Positions 1 to 12,054 of a stretch of 64,000 nt of DNA are shown here, one piece after another (position 1 is the first letter of the stretch; each line of letters begins with the position of its first letter). The DNA is from Lingula anatina (lineage: Eukaryota > Animalia > Brachiopoda). Under the pieces are notes generated by a model that saw only the letters and a program-made list of their open reading frames with translations, was not told the origin of the DNA and searched no databases. Both the position numbers and the translations under genes were made by a program. The stretch is from NCBI GenBank assembly GCA_051362555.1, contig CM120642.1, positions 14,198,001 through 14,262,000 of the forward strand, given 5' to 3'.

Positions 1-95
1 GAGTGTCCTAGCTTACACTTTAATTTTATCATTTACAATTGAAGTATTCAATACTAACATGCTTTACGTTATCTTATTCCATGCTTAAATTTTAG

Positions 96-427
96 AGTAC
101 CAGAGCATTCTTACCATGAGACAGCATCATGACCACCCTTCAGCCTTTGGGCGCTCTGACATCTACATCATCTGTCGCCTCTCGCCTGAGACATACGACC
201 TTCACCCCTGCTCTACTGAGATCTCGGCCTGCCAGTGGATGCATGTGAAAGAACTTCTGTCACACGAGGATACCTCATCACTCACTAAAACTCTGTGTAA
301 ACTGGCTCTTTATGGACTTGAAGAAGGTTTTGATAAGGTGGACATTTCATCTGAGATACATGAGTCTATATACCAAGGTTACCAGTTTAAACTGTTTCAT
401 AGGCCACTGCCAAAGAAGTGGAGTTGA
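96..427 (+). CDS. NUDT6: Terminal coding exon of a Nudix hydrolase 6 (NUDT6/GFG) homolog; upstream exons lie outside the window
   Basis: Acceptor ttttag at 90-95, then (E)YQSILTMRQHHDHPSAFGRSDIYIICRLSP...CQWM...LALYGLEEGFDKVDI...YQGYQFKLFHRPLP*. This tracks the vertebrate NUDT6 C-terminus (SIRQQH..PGAFGKSDMYIICRL...CEWM...LLLYGYREGFDKID...YTGLFYKLYH). Confidence 0.93.
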
Positions 428-1334
428 TGTGGCCTTTCTAAATGAAGGCTAAAGATTTTAGATCATTTGTTTTTGCTTCTCATCAAGGCCAGGATACTTT
501 TTTTGGCTCTGATGCCTTTTAATATTTTATAAAGATATAAAATTTTGTAAGTTAATTATATATATATACCAGTGTGTACATATATATTTTTTCCTTCACT
601 TTGTAAAATATGAACTAGTCAGTTTGAAGTTTTAGTCTATGAAGGCATTTACTATTGAACGCTGATATAAACGATGCTTGAATGAAAGAACATCTCATTC
701 AGTTGTGTATTAGAGCTCTTAAAATTACTGATTATGACAATAACTATGCGATATGCAAAGGGGGAATGGAAGTAGCATGAGTGGAAGGTGGGTCTCATGT
801 CACAGGTTTTTTTTTTTTTTTTTTTTTTTGTAATGACAGTAAGTAATTACACTTTTTTGCTTTCTTCATTCCAAATTTGCCCATTAAATATGGCACAGGT
901 GCTGAGCTATTAGATGCCCTAATTCTTAGGACTCTTAGTGAGCATTCCATTCCAACTCTTATTATAACTTGCTAGATCACTTCAAAAATGTATACATAGA
1001 TAGATGTATGCTTTATCAAGAATTGTACATTCTTGGTATTATGAATACTTAATTTCAACACTTTCACAAATTCAGGATTGCATATGTTTGTTTCAGTATT
1101 TTTTTCAATGTGATGTAATGAGGGTGCATCTCCAAGGTGCATGGTTTCTGTAAGTTCAAGTTAATTATATACTTCCAAATATTTTGTTTGGGTGTGGTAA
1201 CTTAAAAAAAATTGATTTCACTGATGAAATGGGAGTTTCTACAAATCATCTTGTGATATTTTCCTTTACGAAATATGTAATCAGGTAGCACAAGTTATGA
1301 TCATGTATTAAGCATTACCATAAATGCATATCAC

Positions 1335-1355
1335 AATAAAAAGTTAATGAATAAA
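1335..1355 (+). terminator. Tandem AATAAA poly(A) signals, probable NUDT6 3' end
   Basis: AATAAA at 1335-1340 and 1350-1355, followed by GT-rich sequence (gccttgttgtgcctggatgtgg). Confidence 0.65.
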
Positions 1356-1959
1356 GGAATGCCTTGTTGTGCCTGGATGTGGAAGCATATTGTACAGGAT
1401 GTGGTGTGAGAGAGCTGTAATTTTTCAAATGCGGTTGTTGAGATATGAGCACATCAAGAGTACTGGTAGAGATTCTTTAAATCACATCTACTGCAATTTG
1501 CTGTGAATATAGTGAGCAGTTCTAACTTCCTTGCAATAACATTGATTACACATTTATCCAGAAGTACTGAGAAAACTGAATTTGAATTTTGACTTTTTTG
1601 TATCATTTCAGTTAAAAAACTTGCTGACAAGCTTTTTTTGATAGAGCAGCTAATTGATTTAATTTCATTATCATCTCAGAATTAAACTCAAGATGTATAT
1701 GTAACTTTTATAAATTTGTATTCTAGTCTTGAAAATAATTCAAAATTTCAAATTAATTTTCAGGAAAGGACCACAAGGGTGTTTATGATAATATTCCAGT
1801 ATGTTTGAATTTGCACATTGGTAATCTCTTCAGTAGTTTCCTGCAGATTGCCATCTCTTTTGCAGTACAGCTTTGCATTAATAATTAACACATTTGGTCT
1901 AAAGCAAATGGCATTCTAAATGAAGACAAAAACAAGGAAATACTTTTCAGATCAAAGCA

Positions 1960-1965
1960 TTTATT
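1960..1965 (-). terminator. Poly(A) signal of a minus-strand transcript converging on NUDT6 (cleavage ~1945)
   Basis: Minus strand reads AATAAA, then ~15 nt, then a GT/T-rich element (GTATTTCCTTGTTTTTGTCTTC). The plus strand turns A/C-rich to the right of this point. Confidence 0.65.
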
Positions 1966-4512
1966 TACAAGCTAATAGCACTAATAATTGCAAAGATGAA
2001 CAAACAAATCCCGATTAATATTATAATACTATTAATATTTAAGCTACAAACAGAGACAAAGAGACGAATTTCACCAATTTACAGAAAATACATTACACAT
2101 CCCACATGAAATACAAAGATGGTGTATCAGTTGCTATAGCAACCAATGTAAATAAGCACCTTCTGAACCAGTGACTTGATGGAAATTTCCCATATGGAAC
2201 ACGAACTAAATTTGCTTGATAATGGCACTAAACTGAGTGTAAAGTTGGTTTCTTGAGAAAAATCAGAAAATTAATAGAAGACGGTTGAAATGCAACTTTG
2301 TCCAAAGCTAATTATATGTCATGAATCTCTCAAGATAAGATAAACAATCTGATAGGAAAAGTTTGTTTTGTTACTTAAGCCTAAATACTGAAACAGGCAA
2401 GATGCACAAAATGTCAGCAGCAAGTTATCTCGGTCATCAATACTGATGATGTGAATACCACAGTTTGCCTCCATACAAACTAAGATGCAACCAATCTAAA
2501 ATCCAACTTCTGTCACCTCAAACAAACCAAACATCACATGGTTTCACAAAATGTCATGATCCAAGTAAATTCTTACTGTACACTTTGTTGCAATGCTGTT
2601 TGGTAAAGAATTACCAATTTTGTCTATTACTCATGAATTTGACTCATAATTCTACATTTTACTCAAAGCAGATGAAAATACCCTATTAATACAATTCTAA
2701 TGCAATTACTACCCTAGAATCTATTCTACCCTCAGTGTAAGTTGTGCAACCCAAGTTGTCTATCTTTGGCAAGAAATTAGCTGTATGTTACATTGGCTTC
2801 TGAATTGCAGGTGCCCTCCAAGTTCTGCAGCTGTCATTGTGATGGGTGAGACAAGCAATTACTGTTGTCATGCTAAGCACAATGTTACAATAACCATTGT
2901 GATAGCAGTTGTACAATTGCATCCAATGTGACTTGTTGTGTGAAGCAGAGTTGGGAGAGCAGCTAACATATTCAGCTAAAAGTTTAAAAACCAAAACCAA
3001 ATTATTGAAGTAAAAGCTATCTATATGTATCTGAAATGTTTCTACATTTTCTAAACTACACACCTAACACTAGCTATTATGTACAGCTAATTGTCACCTG
3101 CAATTGTTGAAACACATCATTATAAACTTCCACTTCAAGTACATGTACAGTACATTAAGATTTCAATTCATTCTTTACATTTAATGATTTACAACAATCA
3201 CATATAAATACCAATCATTTAACAAAGACAAATTAAATATGTATATGATGACTACTCTACTTAAGTATAACTTCCAAGCTAACAAAGCCTTGCATGCATA
3301 AAAAGAAGCTTTAAAATAAAAGCTGGTTTCATATGACGAAGAGAAATCACTGTGATCGTCATCAAAGGTCAGGTGACACTCTGCATGGCATCATGGGATT
3401 GACTGTACAAGAAGGTCATCTTGTGGAGTATGACGTACATCTTTTTTTTAAAGAGCACATGTCAAGTCAGTCAAATTCAGCCACTTATGCAAAGTGAGAC
3501 TCCTTATATCCAATAAAAAAATTCTTTAATCAAAAGTTACTTTTTTATGAACTGCATCAGATCACAGGACATTCTTCTTCAAATCCAACCTGTTCTCTTT
3601 ATTCAATCTTAACTATTTCAAATGATAACTGTACAGACAAAAACTGTAATAAGACGTTTTCAACAGCATTATATGTGCTGTCAAATTAACAACATGAAAG
3701 TAACAGCTAAAACGGGGGCTACACACTGTGAAGGTTTAGAAAAGCAGTTCTATATCCCACTCCTAGTGTTATATTACCACTGAGATCTTAGAAAACTGGC
3801 TGAGAAATCTTTTCAGATTTTCTCCAAAGGGCGCACTCAGAACCATAATTACTTAAACTGGAAATAGGCTTACTACTGACTTCAGATCATATACTAACCA
3901 CTTGACTCGGATATTCAATTTCATGTTGACCAAGTCATCAGGTCATATGTAACTCTCTCTCCATTTTTTTTCTTGTTTAAGTAAACATGGTTTTTAAGGC
4001 CCCTTCAAGTACACTATGGCATCATGCGAGTGAATACCAAGGTCTAAGTTATAGTATGCACTTTTGAAGTGACAGGAATATTAAGCTACAATAGTGACAG
4101 CATTGAACACACTAATAGTTACAATATTTATGTATTTGGCCAGTGGCACAAATGTCGAGTTGTCACGAATGTAAAATTTATATGACAAGCTTACGATGGC
4201 ATTATGAAACTTCACAACCAAAACAGTTCACTACACTGACAACAGAATAAAAAACAACACTTAACAGAACAATGTCATTACAAATAGTGTTACATCTAAA
4301 GATGGCAGCTTTAGGTTTCACCTTTTTAAACACCGCTAATATGAGAATATACTGTCCTCCTGCACAAGCTAATTAACACAACTAAAATTCAACACAGATA
4401 CATTTAAGCTAAAATATATAATAATGTATTTACAGAAAGATGCAGCGTAAACTGTGCACAGCAAAGTTGCAAAATCTAAATAACAAATCCATAAAACAAA
4501 CTGCTTAAATAA

Positions 4513-4764
4513 GGCTTCGTTCACATGCAATGTCTATTTTCTATTTTCTATTTTCGGTATGTCTTATGATCACGGTCTGTGCACTGAATATCCCGCCGCG
4601 TAATTACTGGCAGCGCGAGCCAGTTACTTATAGTAACTTATAGTAACTGGCTCGCGCTGCCAGTAATTACGCCGCGGGATATTCAGTGCACAGACCGTGA
4701 TCATAAGACATACCGAAAATAGAAAATAGAAAATAGAAAATAGACATTGCATGTGAACGAAGCC
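4513..4764. mobile_element. 252-bp fold-back MITE, PIF/Harbinger (Tourist)-type
   Basis: Near-perfect palindrome GGCTTCGTTCACATGCAATG...CATTGCATGTGAACGAAGCC flanked by TAA (4510-4512) and TAA (4765-4767); no coding capacity; CpG-rich in CpG-poor surroundings. Confidence 0.9.
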
Positions 4765-7700
4765 TAACTATAAACTGAAGCATAACATTAAGGGTAACTA
4801 TGCTTATATTCATAATCATACAAGATACAAATATACACATATATATATAGATCATACTAAAAACTGTCAAGTTAAAGATATTTTGCAGAAGCTACTCCAA
4901 TTATTACAAATATTAACATACATTTTAAAGCTACACACCAAAGTTTGTTAGAAAAAACAAAATCCAGTATACGCCATAACATGTCTAATATCTTGACTAA
5001 TATCTTGAATAGCAGTAATTTCTAATTACACTTATAAGGCACATTTCAATATGGAAAAAAAATACGCTGGAGCAAAAGTGTGCAGTGCAGATCATACATG
5101 TATATCATTTTAAACTTCACACCCATTTTTATCACTAAAGGCGATCAAGCTTTGGTGTTTGTGTTGTTTTAGGGAGAACTGTGGGTGTTTTATGTAATTT
5201 TTCCATTAGAGATTTTTTTAGTCAAAATCAATTTCTTAAGGGGTCTGGCTGGCAAAAGTCAGGTAACATTGCATTCCCCCTACTTGTGTACAAATTAAAT
5301 AAAGGTAAAACAAGGCATTAGTATCTAGAAGATGGTGATATTGAGCTGGGCAGGTGTGCTACACAGTTACATCTACCTGAATGTCAGGTAATACCTGTGT
5401 ATATGCATAGTTGAGCACTAGATCGAGACTATGATATGATATTGAGCAATTTTCAATATTCTTTTTTTTAAATCTATTTTTTTTTTCTAATTGGCAATCA
5501 AAATATAGATTTACTAGAAATGTGTATCTAATTTGTCTACAAATGACAGGCTATTCATTACGCATGTGAATGGGATGATTGAGATTCTTAATCCATATAC
5601 CAATGTGAGCATTGACTACCTTGGACTGACTTTCAGGGGCAACCAGTGTCATAGTACTTAATCTGATGCATAGAAAGGACACCAATGTAAATGTGATGGC
5701 TGGAAGGGGAGATGAGAAAACAACTGTGTCATGTTTAAACAATACACAATAAAACAGTCCCCAGTTTTTTTCGGAATCAGCAGTTATATATACATTGAGT
5801 GATCTGGTGCTGACAGAATGGGTGACAGAAAATGATGCCAGTGACATTACAGTGAGAGTGTGCGTAACTGTACAGAGTGGAAGACATGGGTGTCGTTGAA
5901 GCTCATACTCTTGCTTGAAAAAGCATTTATCATGCAATGAGTAACGAAATACTTCACAAATTACAATACTATGAAATCTGGGCACTATACAGGTGTAAGT
6001 TTACGGCAAATCAAGTCTAAAGATGCAATACTTTCAGAGAAGCCCTTGACGAGGACTTGGAGATCAGAGAGGGGGAGACTTTAGCCTGAGGAAATGTTCT
6101 ATGGAGAAAATATATTGCCTAAATTTAACCATCTTAATTTACAACTTCATCAACAATATGAAATTCCCCATAAAACACCAATGTACATTCTTGATGAATG
6201 TTTTAATCATAAAATGCACATTATTAAAGGTGAGTTGAAGAGTGTCAAGGAATACCAACCACTGCTGGATTATTTCCTACCAATCTCCTTGAAGCATTTG
6301 TTTCAAATCTAAAAACATTTCAAAAGAGGAAAGTGTCTTGTGTCAGCATATAGCTTTGGCCATGTCTTATTCTATGAAAAACTTAGACTTGAATACAGAC
6401 AAAGTTCTCTTACAAAATGCAGTTATTTTTAATAAAAGGCACTACAATGCCATTCACAATTAAACATTTATTTGATTGAAAACAAAAAAAGCACCTTGAA
6501 TGCCAACAAATATGCAGATAATAGCAGTACATCAAAAACTTTTTTCAAAAAAAAAAAATAATAATAATAATAAAATAAATAAATAAAAGAAATAAATAAA
6601 TAAGAAAAATTATTAGCATGTTATGTATCTATGAGGTGCAACTTCTAATTTGTAAAATTTAGTGATATTACTTATCATTAGACATTAATACACACACACA
6701 CAGATAAATGGGTATTTTTAAGAAACATTGTGCCCTTTAGTCATGTGGTAAAAAAAAAAAAAAAAAAAAAAAAAAGTTACATAAAGTCATCCATCTTATA
6801 CTATCCTATAGAGTACACTTTTACATCCATTTTGATTTGGATGCTCTGCCAGACAATGAACAATTAACGAAACTACAAACCACAGAGCTGCCAGAGGAAT
6901 AATTATTTCCTTAACAGCTACAATGTACAGGAGACAATTTAATACTAAATCAATATCAATTTGAAGGAGCACATGACATACATGCGTAATCTGTAGCTTT
7001 TAGCTAAAAAGCAAACTGAGGTGATGAATCACTAGGAACAATTCACTTCCGTTAAAAGGTCCAGGACTTGCGTGACTTGATTGTTCAAAGTTCAGTGAAT
7101 TCAGGCAGTGACAGAAGCAAATTAAAACCACACAAAGGAGAAAAAACTCCTTTTGTTCTTTTCAAAGAAGTAGGACATTTACTCATCATTTAATTGGTGA
7201 TGCTGGTTCAGTAATATAATACATAACCTTTAAATGGCACACATATGTTCTCCTCTAGTTACACATGGAGTGCAGTGGCAGACAAATCATTAGCTGGAAA
7301 ATCGGATTCTTGCCCTGATATGTATAGATTATTGGTGGTGGGATTAAGCAGCAAGATTATCCAAGAACAGATATCGTGCACTTACCACATTTTTAGTTGT
7401 CTAGAGTGAATTAGTGAATTACACAACAACCCCAAGTTAATGGTGAATAATTTGATCTGTGCAGGGAAATGATGGTCGTTGGGTTGAGCAGTCGGTCTAA
7501 AGAAAACTTTAGGATGAGGTGGAGTGTGTTAGTTGTGACATTCTGCTTTGTGCAATAAGAAAAATTCTATCCCTAACTTCTTCACTACGAACAGCACACA
7601 CATACACATACACATTAATCTCTTTGGTAATTTCACCATTGTAGACAAATATATCTTTTTCTTACCCAATATTTTTAGCTCCTGTACTAGCACAGGTGGT

Positions 7701-9452
7701 GAGATTGTCAGCAAATTTAAGTGCGTGTGACAAGAAATTGCATTTGTATATAAGCACAACTTTGGTGTTCAAGGCACTAACGTGAAATGTCAAAGAATGA
7801 CCACACAGACAGGCAAACATACACACAAATAGCACCAAATCTATAATACCATTTAATTCAAAAGCTATTTCGATGATAGCATGAGGTTATAGCTCATTAT
7901 CTAAAAAGTCATCTAATCTGGAAAAGTGTAGGCTGATGACCCATGGTAAGACTACTTAGGACAAAGGAAGCAGGCTACATATGCTCCAACCACAAGCTGA
8001 TGAGTAAACTGAAGATTTCAATAACCTGGGGTGGTGGTTAGTCCCCACAAACCCCACAGCCATCTGCCAGAAGAAAAAATCATTTCAGTATAATATTTGA
8101 CAAAATGTACAATGAATTATTTCATCAATATTTCAATCAAACTGTGCTGACTATAAACTACTGGTATGAGGGTGCTCCTGTGTTCCTTATTCTTGACAGA
8201 AGCAAGAAAAAAATTGTAGAGAAGAAATAAATTTTGGAGAAAATACTTCAGTTCAAATCCAACGGAAATAGTTTCTTTGTTTCTTAAAAATGCTCTCCTA
8301 CATCCACAAGGACAGACGGAAAAGTGGTGACTTCAGAACCCACAAGACAGTGCTACAATTACTGACAGGAAATTATCAAAAGCCACAAATTACAATTAAA
8401 ATTTAGTTCCCAGAGAATTCTGAATGTAGATTGTCCATCCTACAGATGAGATTTCGAAAGCCGTGGTTTTTGCCACATCTGTTGTGGTCAAGAGACGGAG
8501 GGGGTTTTAAGGGATTTTTAATCCTTATCTTTTTTATTATAATCCCCTTATATAGTATTCAACAGCTAGGAAGATATGTCTACTCTCTGCAGATACTTAT
8601 GCTTAGTATATTTCCTTGTGAATAGTTTTTGTGCAGAAAAGATGATTATAATATGATAAATATGTGCTCTACTGTATATATGCTGCATATTAACTGTACA
8701 TTTGCACATCAGTCAGATAGCTACCACTGGATCTTGATTAATAATATTGCTAGACTAAATAGTATAATGTAATTGTTAGTAAGACACTCGAGTGAATATG
8801 TAAGAAAATTGAGCATTTCAGTTCAGTTGATAGACCTAACTACTTTTTCCTCCATGTTTGGATTTCAGATGATTATTATCAAAACTGACAGTTACCACCC
8901 TACTGGCCAATGGCAAGCAGTTAGTTGTAATTCATTTTCAGATCTCTTCTTCACAGCACCATTCAAAATATTTTAGTAATGATTTTACAGTGTAATACTT
9001 ATATATATAAATGCAGTGTTTGAAGCAGAATTTCACAATGCTACACGTAAGACCTAACTATATTTTGGACCTTGGATATATGCTTGTAGGACCATTAAAT
9101 TTACGTAATCATCACTGGTATTGTGACTGATATGTTTCCTCCATTTATGTAGATAATATCATTTCATAAATTTCCATCTTTGATTTTTTCATGATTTCAA
9201 CTATGTTAATGGAACATATGTCATAACAGACAAGTAATGGTCATGTAATATCTGTTCTTTAATAGCACCACTGAAATGTTTATTTGAAATGGACAAAGGA
9301 ACCTACCATGTCATACCGTTATTCCCTCCCTGCTTTTTCTTGTTACAGAGCATCAAAAGTTTTAACCCATCCAACAATGTCACAACCTATAATATATACT
9401 GCAGCTTTAACACGATGGTAACATATCTCCACACTACTTAGCTATTAGTACT

Positions 9453-10082
9453 TAGCACCACATAAAACCAGTTACTTTCACCACTTTAGGTTGGCACCAT
9501 TAAAATTTACTGGAATTTACTAACTGAATTTTATTAGGTATAACACACCACTACACTGGCTCATTGGATTATATTTTAGTATACAGCACCATCATAAGTT
9601 AACTGGCATTTGCTAAAGGAATGTTAGAGCATGCACCATCACTAATTTTACTTTGTGCTTTATCTCATAGCATATAGCACCAATAAAATCACTGGCATTT
9701 ACTAATTAGATTTTACCTCAGCAAATAGCACTTCTGAAATTACTTGCACTTATTATCTGGATTACCTCTCGGGATATAGCACCATTAAAATTACTGGCAT
9801 TTGCTAAGTGGATTATCTTTTAGCATACAGCACCACTTAATTTATCTCATTTACTAATTGGATTATCTTCAGGCATGTTGCACCATTAAATTTGGAGTAC
9901 TGACCAATAAGTTTGCTGGCATTCACTAACTGGATTATCATAACACATATAGCACCACCAAATATAAGCACCATAAAATTAACACCAATTTTCCAATTGC
10001 TCTACTTTAAGCATTAAGTACCACTAATGGGTATCTGCAGCTGTTATATATGCTCTAGTCTAAGTATTTCAGTCAAGCACCA
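9453..10082. repeat. Degenerate tandem repeat, ~51-bp unit (approx. TAGCACCATTAAAATTACTGGCATTTACTAATTGGATTATCTTCAGCATA)
   Basis: GCACCA-anchored units recur at ~45-55 bp spacing (e.g. 9675, 9726, 9777, 9828, 9879) with shared ACTGGCATTT and TGGATTAT blocks. Confidence 0.85.
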
Positions 10083-11409
10083 CTAAATGTCAGCACCTTA
10101 ATAATGACATGATAAAATTTTACATGCCTAATTTCCGGGAATGAACTATATCCACTTTTCAGCATGGAATATGATGCAGTAAAAACATCAAAATCATGTA
10201 ATTTTTTTTTACCAAGTGCATAATGTGTACCAAAATTATGCAAATTTTCACCCAAAAAATTACTACAAATTGTAAATTTGAGAATATATTTTTGATACTT
10301 CTGATGCTAATCACATGCAGATGTTTGCTGCTCTTTTTTTCCCCCAGACTACCAACTGTCATGACTAAAAAACACAAGAAAAGCACCTGTTTTGAAATAA
10401 TTAGACCGTATGATGCACACAAGCTCCCAGCATGCTAAAAAGTTCACATGTTTTAATGTTGTCAAGTCATTTTGTTAATTGAAAGATGTCATTTATAATG
10501 AGTTCTCCCTGCCATTGAACAAGGCCCTATACCAATGACTAAGACACCTGCACTGCTGAGAATAATGGTGCCATTAGAATTATTAATTTCTCATACAACG
10601 GATACAATATAATCATCATTTCCATCATGCAATTATACATTCAGAACAAATTCACATTTTGAAACAAAGGAAATATGGGTAGTATTACCTTGCCTGTTCA
10701 TACATAATTCCAAAGTAAAATATATATGCAGAACAAGATGTGGACAGAAAAGCCAGCATCATTTGAATTTAACAGAACTCAAATACAATAGGCAGGTTTA
10801 AACAATAGCAGCAGGGGTTGAATAATGAAAAGCGATTCTTTTATAAAAAAACTTCAATAAAATTTTATTTAGCATAGGTAGAACTGTTAGATATATTTCT
10901 ATTTGTTAGATCATACTCATGAATGAATGAGAATGGCTTACAAAAATTATAACAGAACATGACTGAGATGGAGTATTTTTCAGATCTATTGATTAGCTTG
11001 GTTCAACTTGTTAGTTTCAATAAAAAAATGAAGAAAAGTGTGGAAAACCATCTCAAAATAACTGTGCCACCTAGAATCAGGGACATATCTACTTTTGCAA
11101 AAGCTAAAATCCATCACCAATACATCAAGTAAGATTTAATGACTTTGTTAAAATGCTTTTAAGAACACAAGAGGTTATTACACTAATGTCCTAGCTCAAG
11201 AGAGGTGCATCAAACAGTATTAAGATCACTAGAATATGTGCAATCACATGCTTATATTTTAAGAATATTTTGTCTTTGGTTGAACACTATTTTACATCTT
11301 CAATACATGAAGTGTATGATAATTTGGAAGAATTGAACTTAAACATGCATTGAGAGGACTCACAGACAAAAAAAGATAACCAGAAGCTTTTTTATCTTGT
11401 TTCTAACAA

Positions 11410-11796
11410 TGAGATCAGAAGGAATTGTGCTATCACTGTGACAGATTTGTACTGCATGTTATCAGTACTTGTAATGTTGAGATTTCTTGGAATTATTCTT
11501 GAAATACTGTTGAACTTAAAAGAACTTTAACAAAAAATGAGATCAGTAGGAACTACATACATGTATGCACAGCTTTTGGAAAATTAGCATGAAAATCTGT
11601 TAAAGAATGAAATTCATTAGAACAAAAAAAAAAAAAAAACATGCTGTGATTGTAATGCATCTTTTGTGTGTTTTGGACTGAGATCAGGAGCACGCTACAG
11701 CCAAGATGTTTTGTACTTGTGCTCTAAGTAATAGATATACAGTACCCCAAGGCACAGACTTTGTTAGACTGACATGCAGTTTTAGTTTTGAGATCA
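11410..11796 (-). promoter_or_regulatory. Cluster of four bantam 8mer seed sites (TGATCTCA on minus)
   Basis: Plus-strand TGAGATCA at 11410, 11538, 11679 and 11789. Confidence 0.65.
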
Positions 11797-12027
11797 TAAA
11801 GGTGTGCTTTTTGACAACATCATATTTAAATATTATACAGATTCATATCATAATCAAAATGTGCATGGCTACTTGCCTACTGGTACATACAAATTTACAT
11901 CAACCAACCACAGTAGAAATACTATCATTAAAAACATCCATATAACTAAGCCTATACAAAAAGGGCTAAGAAAAAGCACAGAAAAAAAACAAGAGCTATA
12001 AGAGTGAATACATCCTACATATTAGTA

Positions 12028-12054
12028 AATAATAATAATAATAATAATAATAAT
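12028..12054. repeat. (AAT)n microsatellite
   Basis: Direct reading. Confidence 0.95.

Noticed and set aside
428-1945. Sense-antisense 3' overlap as in vertebrate FGF2/NUDT6
   Set aside because: The best poly(A) signals leave a ~600-bp gap, and FGF itself ends ~27 kb away.
9453-10082. CRISPR array or tandem miR-29 gene cluster
   Set aside because: Eukaryotic context, no invariant repeat with unique spacers, no cas genes; no complementary TGGTG arm to form pre-miRNA hairpins, so these read as target sites.
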